A program made the position numbers and the translations under genes. Source: Candidatus Magasanikiibacteriota bacterium (GTDB lineage Bacteria > Patescibacteriota > Patescibacteriia > Magasanikbacterales > GWA2-37-8). Taken from it: a DNA stretch of 42,568 bases. The notes below the pieces were generated by a model. That model was not told where the DNA came from. It did not search any database and worked only from the letters and a program-made list of their open reading frames with translations. Of the stretch, positions 16,440 to 24,141 are shown in pieces; the stretch's first letter is position 1; every line of letters begins with the position of its first letter. The DNA is taken from assembly GCA_036172155.1 (NCBI GenBank), contig JAVHSM010000033.1, positions 1-42,568 on the forward strand, written 5' to 3'.

Positions 16440-17923
16440 ACGGCTCGCTTTTTAACTGACACATTAAAACCTAAATATTTTCCAAGCATTAAATGCGTCA
16501 TGGCATCAATACACGGCATCGCGGAAAATAGAATCAAAGAAACCGGCACGAGCACCCACTGCAAAAGCATAAATAAATATTTGTAATGTGGATGACTTTG
16601 GGGACGCGGCGGCAAAATAAGCATACTAATAATCGCCGATAAAAACAAACCCAGAGTAGCTAAAGTCATCAAATTTTCCAAGACATGAGGAGCATTAAAA
16701 AACAAGGCACTTTGACGGATGTCATTTCCAGCCACCCACAACGGCAACCTACCTAGCACGGTAAGCAATATTGCCACCACCGCCCAGCTCCACTTACCTT
16801 CCCATTCATGAAACAGCATCACTATTTTTTTCCAGCGGCCAATTTCTTTATGTTTTTTATATTGCCACAACAAATAAGGAATATTTTCCGTCCCCCATGC
16901 CCAACGTCTCTGTTGAAAATATAAATTCTTCAAACTCTTCCACAAATTTTCATCACGCACGGTATCCATAGAAACCGGAATGTACAACGGGGTAACTTCA
17001 TAGTCACCACCATAATGCAACCAACATTGAAAAAATATTCTGGAATCTTCACTAACTATGTCTTTGGCATGACCACCACACTCGAGTGCCGCTTTAAAAC
17101 TCATACTATGAGAAGAAAAAGTGACCAAATTATCCAAACGCGCCAAAGAAAACAACATCCAAAAACTGGTACCAAAAGCCATCACACGCAAGACCGATGG
17201 CGATTCCCACATATTGTTGTTATACAGAGTAACTGGCTGAAAAGAACTGCGTTCCGGCCGTGGATGGCTACAATACATATAGTTGAGATGCGCAAAATAT
17301 TGCGGGTGCACAATCGTATCCACATCAAAAACCGAGATGATAATATCTTTGTAATCCCAACTGCGAGCGTCGGCATATTTTTTGAATTCCAATTCGGCAT
17401 AGTGAATGTTGGATCCTTTGCCGGGAATTTCATCAGTTAGATTATCGGGATGAGTATAATATATGATATCGGCAAATTTTCCAGAAAAAAATTCTTTGAC
17501 ATTCTTTTGGACATTATCCCAGTTGGATTGACGACGGGCTTCTCCGGAAAAGACTACATACAATTTATCAGTGGGGTAAGTAGATTTCAACAACGCTTCC
17601 AGTGTGGCTTTTACTACATCAGAATTTTCATTGGCCAACGGTAAAAAAATTACATTCTTTTTTTGTTTCCAAACTGGAAACTCATCTTTTAGACGCGCCA
17701 ACCAATCAATTTTGATGGCCTGGCGAAAACGATTCCAAGAAAAAATCAGATAAAATGAAAAATAAACCACTCGCAATACCCAATATACATCAAAAATAAT
17801 AATGGCGTAGATCATCGCCAAAGGAAAGAAAAAAGATAAAAATACACAGACAACCAAAGTCAACCAGATACTTAATCCCGGTAAAATTTCATATAAACGA
17901 TAGCGTTGATAATCTGATAACAT
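16436..17923 (-). CDS. processive family-2 glycosyltransferase (cellulose/chitin-synthase-like), polytopic
   Basis: Contains FDVDT and the QQRRWAWG (QxxRW) motif, with N- and C-terminal TM bundles. The track start at 17995 is a TTG inside the upstream gene. The ATG at 17923 (MLSDYQRY) follows that gene's stop. Confidence 0.8.
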   Translation of the reverse strand: MLSDYQRYRLYEILPGLSIWLTLVVCVFLSFFFPLAMIYAIIIFDVYWVLRVVYFSFYLIFSWNRFRQAIKIDWLARLKDEFPVWKQKKNVIFLPLANENSDVVKATLEALLKSTYPTDKLYVVFSGEARRQSNWDNVQKNVKEFFSGKFADIIYYTHPDNLTDEIPGKGSNIHYAELEFKKYADARSWDYKDIIISVFDVDTIVHPQYFAHLNYMYCSHPRPERSSFQPVTLYNNNMWESPSVLRVMAFGTSFWMLFSLARLDNLVTFSSHSMSFKAALECGGHAKDIVSEDSRIFFQCWLHYGGDYEVTPLYIPVSMDTVRDENLWKSLKNLYFQQRRWAWGTENIPYLLWQYKKHKEIGRWKKIVMLFHEWEGKWSWAVVAILLTVLGRLPLWVAGNDIRQSALFFNAPHVLENLMTLATLGLFLSAIISMLILPPRPQSHPHYKYLFMLLQWVLVPVSLILFSAMPCIDAMTHLMLGKYLGFNVSVKKRAV

Positions 17924-17933
17924 GATATGGAAA

Positions 17934-18305
17934 TTATTTTTTAGAACCACCAATATTGGCCGGAGCACTATAACGGGCGTTAACATATTGTCCAATTGGA
18001 ACAGTTTGAATTTTTTTTAATAAATCTAGCGACCAATCATCTACCGCCAACACCGGAATCTGCAAAGTATAGGCCAGAGCATTGAACATAGTAGTCGCAA
18101 TTCTAGTAGCCGTAAATTTTCCCACCCCCACTCTGACGGCCAAGCCGCGCAGAGTGGACAACTGTTTATTTTCCTGCGACAACAATCGATCCAAAGAGGA
18201 CAAAACACTTCCATCCGACGCGAATTCATGTTGAACCCAAATAGTATCCAAGCAATATTTGAAGATAATTTTTTGGTCTTGTGAATTATCAAGAAACAGA
18301 TACAT
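17934..18305 (-). CDS. tsaB: short TsaB-like protein (N-terminal half of the t6A protein TsaB/YeaZ)
   Basis: 123 aa. VGVGKFTATRIATTMFNALAYTLQIPVLAV parallels the GPGSFTGLRIG...A..L..P motif of TsaB. About half the usual length. Confidence 0.5.
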   Translation of the reverse strand: MYLFLDNSQDQKIIFKYCLDTIWVQHEFASDGSVLSSLDRLLSQENKQLSTLRGLAVRVGVGKFTATRIATTMFNALAYTLQIPVLAVDDWSLDLLKKIQTVPIGQYVNARYSAPANIGGSKK

Positions 18306-18307
18306 AT

Positions 18308-18904
18308 TTAACCAAGGTTTAATTCATCAACCGCCATCGTGTGTTTGCCTTCAAAAATGGCATACAAAAAACGATCACCAATTTCACGTCTTTCCGAAAA
18401 TTCTTTTTCATCCAATATGGTATAGCGAACTGCTCGGTTTAAAAACTTTTCAAAATCACGGATAGCTTTGGCTGTCGGTATGGCTTTGATATCACCCACC
18501 AACAAGATATCGGTACCAACATCCGGTGCACCGGTAAAAAAACCGGTTAATATCATGACTTTGATATTACCACCACGTTTTTTTAATAATTCAATAAAAT
18601 TCTTTTCCTCCATTACCTGAGTTTTTTCGAGCAACGCACCCAGTTCATCATGCAAGAAAAAGTCCTGATTTAATTTGTAATATTTTGACCTCTCGGTACC
18701 CACTTCTTCTTCTTTGGATTGTCCAAATTCTACCTGTTTCAAAATACCGATGCTTTCTAGATTGGCCAATTCACGCCGCACGGCATTGAGCTGGATTTCG
18801 ATCAAACGAGAAAGTTCGCGCACAAAAAAAGCCCGCTCATGATTTCCGTAAAACAATCGTAAAAGTTTTATTCTGGTAGATGAACCAAAAAGGTGTTCAA
18901 GCAT
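18308..18904 (-). CDS. winged-helix transcriptional regulator with a C-terminal nucleotidyltransferase-like domain
   Basis: ArsR-like wHTH from the ATG at 18904 (MLEHLFGSSTRIKLLRLFYGNHERAFFVRELSRLIEIQLNAVRRELANLESIGIL). The C-terminus has DILLVGD. The track start at 18937 is TTG. Confidence 0.6.
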   Translation of the reverse strand: MLEHLFGSSTRIKLLRLFYGNHERAFFVRELSRLIEIQLNAVRRELANLESIGILKQVEFGQSKEEEVGTERSKYYKLNQDFFLHDELGALLEKTQVMEEKNFIELLKKRGGNIKVMILTGFFTGAPDVGTDILLVGDIKAIPTAKAIRDFEKFLNRAVRYTILDEKEFSERREIGDRFLYAIFEGKHTMAVDELNLG

Positions 18905-18985
18905 ATTTATAAAATTATGAATCCTTATTTTAACCAAAAAATCAACTAGACTAATGGCATATAATATAGTATACTACAAGCAATT

Positions 18986-21250
18986 ATGGAATTCAAGCTT
19001 CAATTACACGAATTTTTTATCGAAGGTGGCAATCGGGAGAAATCCCATGTTTTATTACACATTACCGAGCCTTCCACACCCGAAGAAAAACAAAAGGGGT
19101 ATTTTTTTGCTGTTTGTGAATTAAACAATGCCGGTACCAAAGATATTATCAATTTACAAAATACAGTTGATGAAATAGAATCTCGCTACTACGAAGCGCC
19201 TGAAAGCATCGGTGAAAATTCGTTGGAGACAGTTTTGAAAAAAATCAATCGTGAAAATTTGACATTAAATCAAGAAAATTTGATCAAACATTGTGTAGTC
19301 GGCATTGTGCGTGATCAACAGATTGTTTTTTCATTTTGTGGAAAACCAAAAATGCTCTTATTTTATAAGACAAAGGAAGACATATACAAAAAGATGGATC
19401 TGGTACCGACCGATAGTGATGAAGAAGAAAATCGTTTTTTCTCACAGATTGTCGAGGGTAAAATTTCACCAAACGATTTATTGTTTATTGCCACCCCACA
19501 ATTAAAAGAATACTTTGGAGACGATCGCCTACAAAAAATTATTACCTCTCGCCCCTCGCGCCAAAGCGCCCAACATATCGAGCGTGTGTTATCGGATATT
19601 CACAACGAGATATCCTTCGGCGGACTAATCATCCAGTTGAGCGAGTTACCAATGGCAGTTGGAGACGGTATCAAAAAACGACCGACATTAAAAGGTGGTT
19701 CTGTCAAATCATTGCACAACTTATTTGCCACGGAAAAAAATACCGCCAACACCATGTCACCATCAATTTTTCCAAAAATAAACCAACGAATAAGTGCCGC
19801 TTTTCAAAATGAATCATCCGAACAAAACCAGCTGGAAATACCGTTGTCGCCAACCATACCGGCTGAAATCAATTCCACTCATCTACGCCAATATCAAGGA
19901 AGAAAAGTTTCACCGCCTGAAACCGACCACTACATGCAACTCATCAAAACTGTCGGCCAAACAACTTGGTTGTGGCTACAACATATCGCCGGTTTTATTT
20001 GGTTGATCTTTATTATTATTTTCAAAACTATTATTGTTATTGGACATTTTCTTTCTTTACTATTCTTTGTCGTCAGCAACTACCAAAATCGTCGCCGTAA
20101 TATTTTAGATAATTGGACAAAACAGTGGTATGGTTTCAAAAGTTATATTCGACATCTACCAAAAACTACCAAAATATTTTTTAGTTTGAGCTTTCTAATA
20201 TTAATTATTTTTGTTTCTAGCGTCATTACTATTCGTGCCAATCAATTGCGCCAAGAACAAGAAAAGCGCGTTCAAGAAAACATTCGACAAATCATCGCCC
20301 ACAAAAATGCAGCAGAAAGCGCCGTTATCTATAGAGATGATGCCACCGCTCTAAACGAATCTCAAGCCGCCAAACAACTCATTATCCAACTGGATTGTAA
20401 AAAATACAAAAAGGAATGTGAAGATTTTAATCAAGAAATAAACGGCATTTTATCTCAAATAAGAAAAGAAGCCATAGTTAATCCGGATTTAGTATATGAT
20501 TGGAGCAAAGATCACACATCCTTATTCAATTTAGCCAAGATAAATAATCAGATTTTGGCCATTTCATCCAGTTCATCAAAAATAGCTGTGTTTGACCTAT
20601 TGACCAAGCAATCCAAAAACATTGACACAAAAATCAACAACCTCAAAGACATCACTGTCCCCAAAGAAAATGATTACGCGGCTATTTTATATGATGATAA
20701 TAATATAATTTTATATAACCCGAAAGATGAATCATTCAAACAAGGTAACATTTCTTTTCCAAAACCGACCGCCAAAATATCTAGCCTAATAATATACAAC
20801 CGTCGACTTTACAGTTTGGATATTACCAATAATCAAATTTACAAACACGAAAATATCAAAGACGGCTTTGGTCCGGGAAAAGAATGGATCAAAGATCTTT
20901 CGGTTGATGTAAAAAATGGCGTCTCGATGACCACCGACGGTGATATGTTTATCAGCAAAACCAATGGCACCATAGAAAAACTAACAGCTGGCAACAAACA
21001 GCCATTTGAAATCTCCGGCCTTGATCCTGCTCTAAAAAACGGTAGTGAAATTTGGACATACACAGACAAACAATTTGTCTATTTACTCGACGGAGCCGGC
21101 AAACGCCTAATTGTTCTACAAAAAGACGGCCACCTCAAAGAACAAATCACCACCACTGTCTGGAAAAATCCAACCGGCATGATTATCGATGAACAAAATA
21201 AAACTGCCTTTATTTTGGACAGCAACAAACTTTATCAGATAAACCTGTAG
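18986..21250 (+). CDS. large hypothetical membrane protein (degenerate PP2C/SpoIIE-like N-domain, TM pair, coiled coil, repeat-rich C-terminus)
   Basis: 754-aa intact ORF with an ATG start, divergent from the wHTH gene. Two long hydrophobic helices lie around residues 325-410. The C-terminal segments alternate strand-like repeats (…ILYDDNNIILYNP…, …IIYNRRLYSLD…, …FVYLLDGAGKRLIVLQ…, …AFILDSNKLYQINL), suggesting a beta-propeller. Confidence 0.65.
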   Translation: MEFKLQLHEFFIEGGNREKSHVLLHITEPSTPEEKQKGYFFAVCELNNAGTKDIINLQNTVDEIESRYYEAPESIGENSLETVLKKINRENLTLNQENLIKHCVVGIVRDQQIVFSFCGKPKMLLFYKTKEDIYKKMDLVPTDSDEEENRFFSQIVEGKISPNDLLFIATPQLKEYFGDDRLQKIITSRPSRQSAQHIERVLSDIHNEISFGGLIIQLSELPMAVGDGIKKRPTLKGGSVKSLHNLFATEKNTANTMSPSIFPKINQRISAAFQNESSEQNQLEIPLSPTIPAEINSTHLRQYQGRKVSPPETDHYMQLIKTVGQTTWLWLQHIAGFIWLIFIIIFKTIIVIGHFLSLLFFVVSNYQNRRRNILDNWTKQWYGFKSYIRHLPKTTKIFFSLSFLILIIFVSSVITIRANQLRQEQEKRVQENIRQIIAHKNAAESAVIYRDDATALNESQAAKQLIIQLDCKKYKKECEDFNQEINGILSQIRKEAIVNPDLVYDWSKDHTSLFNLAKINNQILAISSSSSKIAVFDLLTKQSKNIDTKINNLKDITVPKENDYAAILYDDNNIILYNPKDESFKQGNISFPKPTAKISSLIIYNRRLYSLDITNNQIYKHENIKDGFGPGKEWIKDLSVDVKNGVSMTTDGDMFISKTNGTIEKLTAGNKQPFEISGLDPALKNGSEIWTYTDKQFVYLLDGAGKRLIVLQKDGHLKEQITTTVWKNPTGMIIDEQNKTAFILDSNKLYQINL

Positions 21251-21253
21251 ATT

Positions 21254-21367
21254 AAAAACAAAGCGGGGTGGTAATTACTTTTGAGCGGGTTATGAGGCCG
21301 AGGCCCCATCCTTTCGCCTTCGCAGGCGAAAAAAGCGAAAAAGTCATTACCACCCCTCTTTGTTTTT
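21254..21367. repeat. multi-hairpin repeat element, copy 1, at a convergent gene junction (probable bidirectional terminator)
   Basis: The outer stem is AAAAACAAAGCGGGGTGGTAAT/ATTACCACCCCTCTTTGTTTTT. The conserved core (21283-21344) is AATTACTTTTGAGCGGGTTATGAGGCCGAGGCCCCATCCTTTCGCCTTCGCAGGCGAAAAAAGCGAAAAAGT. Copy 2 is at 26786-26894. Confidence 0.8.
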
Positions 21368-21445
21368 AAGAAAATTACTAGATAAACATCTATAAGAAAT
21401 AAAAAATCTCCCGTTTAAAAGCGAGAGATTTTTTAATTGAAATTA

Positions 21446-21847
21446 TTATTTCAAAGTAACTTTACCACCAGCTTCTTCGATCTTTTTCTTCATTGCTTCG
21501 GCTTCGTCTTTCTTCAAACCTTCTTTGATCATTTTTGGAGCAGCATCTACCAAAGCTTTGGCATCAGCAAGACCCAAACCGGTCAAATCTTTTACCGCTT
21601 TGATCACATTGATCTTATTTGCTCCGAAATCAGTCAATTCAACGTTGAATTCTGTTTTTTCTTCAGCAGCGGTAGCAGCTGGAGCGGCAGCAGCCATCAT
21701 CATAGCTGGAGCGGCGGCGGAAACGCCGAATTTTTCTTCCAAGATTTTGACCAATTCGGCCAAATCCAAAACGGACATTTTTTCTACTTGTTCCACCAAA
21801 GCTTTGAACTTCTCAGGAACAACTACATCTTTTTTTTCTTCTGACAT
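21446..21847 (-). CDS. rplL: 50S ribosomal protein L7/L12
   Basis: 133 aa with an Ala-rich hinge ([20 protein letters not shown]) and a C-terminal domain reading [24 protein letters not shown]. Confidence 0.95.
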   Translation of the reverse strand: MSEEKKDVVVPEKFKALVEQVEKMSVLDLAELVKILEEKFGVSAAAPAMMMAAAAPAATAAEEKTEFNVELTDFGANKINVIKAVKDLTGLGLADAKALVDAAPKMIKEGLKKDEAEAMKKKIEEAGGKVTLK

Positions 21848-21862
21848 AAGTTTATGGGTTAA

Positions 21863-22381
21863 TTAAGCTTTCGCTTCTTTAATATTATTAAGTACATTCA
21901 CCAAATTGCGCAAATTGCCGGCAAGCACATTGACGAAACCGGATACTGGCGCATTGAGTGTGCCAACCAATTGACCAAGTAATTGTTGTTTGCTTGGTAA
22001 GCCGGCCAAATGTTTCACACTGCCAACATCAATAAATTTACCTTCGAGCACGCCTCCAAAAATAATGACGGATTCGTGATCTTTGGCAAAAATACTGACA
22101 ACTTTTGCAGCCGCGATTTCATCTGGACCAGACAAAGTAACGATACCACCATCAAATGCTTTTGGATCGGCAGAAACGCCCAAATCCTCAAACACTCTTC
22201 TTACCAATGTTTTCTTGGCTACCTGTACCTGCACTTTTTCCGCTCTAGCTTGTGCGCGCAAAATTTCAAAGTCGGTAACTTTTAACCCGGTAAAATTGGC
22301 AAAAACGGCGCCTTTACTTTCTTTCAAACCACCAGTCAAGGACTCGATAGTCTGAGCTTTTTGTTGTTTTGTTTTTGGCAT
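21863..22381 (-). CDS. rplJ: 50S ribosomal protein L10
   Basis: 172 aa directly upstream of rplL, with typical L10 N-terminal features (KGAVFANFTGLKVTDFEILR). Confidence 0.93.
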   Translation of the reverse strand: MPKTKQQKAQTIESLTGGLKESKGAVFANFTGLKVTDFEILRAQARAEKVQVQVAKKTLVRRVFEDLGVSADPKAFDGGIVTLSGPDEIAAAKVVSIFAKDHESVIIFGGVLEGKFIDVGSVKHLAGLPSKQQLLGQLVGTLNAPVSGFVNVLAGNLRNLVNVLNNIKEAKA

Positions 22382-22537
22382 AATCTTTTAACAAAAAAAT
22401 CTGTGTTTCCACAGACAAATAATACGGTACAAATCGACTATTTTCCACTGTCATTCCCGCGAAAGCGGGAATCCAGTGTCAAATTTTGTACCTCGGCAGG
22501 TAATTAAGCCCCATAAGGGACGCCTGCTGTCTATGGT
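22382..22537 (-). promoter_or_regulatory. rplJ 5' leader (candidate L10-leader-type autoregulatory RNA) containing a palindromic repeat copy
   Basis: About 155 nt lie between the predicted promoter and the rplJ ATG. In RNA sense it has a GC-rich stem region (CAGCAGGCGUCCCUUAUGGGGCUUAAUUACCUGCCGAGG). I cannot verify a match to the Rfam L10 leader by eye. Confidence 0.3.
22450..22473. repeat. short palindromic repeat (GTCATTCCCGCGAAAGCGGGAATC)
   Basis: The stem CATTCCCGC/GCGGGAATC forms a perfect palindrome. The same termini are seen in the copies at 36999-37022, 26307-26340 and elsewhere. Confidence 0.85.
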
Positions 22538-22543
22538 GGCTAT

Positions 22544-22572
22544 ATATTAAACAATTGTTGGGGTTTTGTCAA
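22544..22572 (-). promoter_or_regulatory. sigma70-type promoter of rplJL
   Basis: On the minus strand, TTGACA (22567-22572) and TAATAT (22544-22549) are separated by a 17-nt spacer. Confidence 0.55.
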
Positions 22573-22620
22573 TAGGATGGGTGAACTTTCGCAAGATCAA
22601 CTATCAACCACGACCCAATT

Positions 22621-23334
22621 TTAGCTAATCACTGTGCCTATAATCTCATTCTCACCTTTTAATACTCTGTCCAATTCTTTTAAATTATTTCCATTCATCA
22701 CCACCACTTTCAAACCAAGCTTCTCTGCCTCTTTGCTGGCAATCGGATCAAATGGTAGGTTCGCACCAGGCACCCATTTACTACCGACAATTTTTCGAAA
22801 ATCTTTCCAACCAATATTTTCTATTTTTTTGGCATCGGCGAATTGATTTGGATCTTTGTCATAAACATATTCAATGTTGGACAAATTTATTACTGTCTTG
22901 GCACCATATTTTTTGGCCAACATCACAGCATCAAAATCGGTCGAGTGCCCCGGTTTCCAACCACCGGAAAACAATAGTGCCTTATTCCATTTTATTTTAT
23001 CGGTTTCTTTTTTTAAAACTTCTTCTTGAGACAGACTGCCAAACAACATTTTCATAAAACTAGCATTGAAATGCGTAGTATAAATCCCGATCCAATCCAA
23101 ATCAACATTTTTATTTACGCCCACCACTTTTGCCGCCGTCTGATATTCACGACATACTCGCCCACCGCCACAAACAATCACAAACCGATAACCGGCTTTT
23201 ACCTGATCCAAAATAAATTTTTTAAAATCTTTTAAAAATTCCAAATTAAACCCAGCGCTGCCGTTGATCATAGATCCTCCTAATGACAATACGACAATTT
23301 TATTTTTCACAGTATTATTTATTAAAAATCCCAT
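22621..23334 (-). CDS. pyrH: archaeal-type uridylate (UMP) kinase
   Basis: 237 aa. SLGGS, VIVCGGG, SGGWKPGHSTDFDAVMLA, VYDKDP and GTVIS align motif for motif with archaeal UMP kinases such as the Pyrococcus enzyme. Confidence 0.8.
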   Translation of the reverse strand: MGFLINNTVKNKIVVLSLGGSMINGSAGFNLEFLKDFKKFILDQVKAGYRFVIVCGGGRVCREYQTAAKVVGVNKNVDLDWIGIYTTHFNASFMKMLFGSLSQEEVLKKETDKIKWNKALLFSGGWKPGHSTDFDAVMLAKKYGAKTVINLSNIEYVYDKDPNQFADAKKIENIGWKDFRKIVGSKWVPGANLPFDPIASKEAEKLGLKVVVMNGNNLKELDRVLKGENEIIGTVIS

Positions 23335-23653
23335 TCAAAATCCAGCTCACTACCGACATGGTCAAAGCACCCCAAAAAGCCGGCCAAAAACCAGCCACCC
23401 CAAAACCTTTGACAATAGTAGCGGCTAGCCAAAACAACAGCGCGTTGATTATCAGTGTGAACAAACCTAATGTTAAAATATTTACCGGCAAAGTCAACAA
23501 TATCAAAACCGGACGAATTAAAGCATTGATCAAACCCAAAACCAAAGCCGCTATCAAAGCTGTATAAAAACTCTGAACACTAATACCCGGCACCAAATAA
23601 GCCACTGCCATCAATGATAACGCACTAAATAACCAACGCAAAAGTAATGACAT
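23315..23653 (-). CDS. phage holin family IV-like (DUF360/YvlD-type) 4-TM membrane protein
   Basis: 112 aa with four hydrophobic helices. The pattern LVLGLINALIRPVLILLTLPVNILTLGLFTLIINAL is characteristic of this family. Confidence 0.7.
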   Translation of the reverse strand: MSLLLRWLFSALSLMAVAYLVPGISVQSFYTALIAALVLGLINALIRPVLILLTLPVNILTLGLFTLIINALLFWLAATIVKGFGVAGFWPAFWGALTMSVVSWILNGIFNK

Positions 23654-23733
23654 ATTTTTATTTTTTTAAGATTTATAGAGTTGAGTAAAATAAATTTATT
23701 TATTTTCGAAACTCGACGAAATTGCATGATCCT

Positions 23734-23925
23734 TTAGGATCTTAATTCCTTAATTTTATTTTCCATTTTTTCCAAATAATTTTTCAGATCTTTGACAATC
23801 TTCGACCCCTCCTCAAATTTAGAAATTCCCTCCTCCAAATCCACTTCTTCTTTCTCAAACCACTCCACAATTTTTTGAAGTTCTTGATAAGATTTGGCAA
23901 AGTTAAATTTTTTATCAGCAGTCAT
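23734..23925 (-). CDS. xseB: exodeoxyribonuclease VII small subunit
   Basis: The ATG at 23925 gives MTADKKFNFAKSYQELQKIVEWFEKEEVDLEEGISKFEEGSKIVKDL, the canonical XseB pattern. The track start at 23961 is TTG. Confidence 0.85.
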   Translation of the reverse strand: MTADKKFNFAKSYQELQKIVEWFEKEEVDLEEGISKFEEGSKIVKDLKNYLEKMENKIKELRS

Positions 23926-24026
23926 AAATTTATATAAATTATTGCGAGCAAAGCAATGCAATTCAACTATTATAATATGTCATAAATTGTTGTAGATATT
24001 TTTCAATGAGTGAACATTGAAAATTA

Positions 24027-24111
24027 CTGTCATTTCGACCGAGCCTCGCGGCGAGTGGAAAAATCCCTTCTGTTATTTTAAGGGATTCCTCGGCTTCGCT
24101 CGGAATGACAG
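24027..24111. repeat. composite inverted pair of palindromic repeats forming an ~85-nt imperfect hairpin between xseA and xseB
   Basis: CTGTCATTTCGACCGAGCCTCGCGGCGAGTGGAAAAATCCCTT ... AAGGGATTCCTCGGCTTCGCTCGGAATGACAG. The termini CTGTCATT/AATGACAG are inverted. Confidence 0.8.
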
Positions 24112-24141
24112 TGATTTTCACAGCGAGAGAATGAAAAATAT

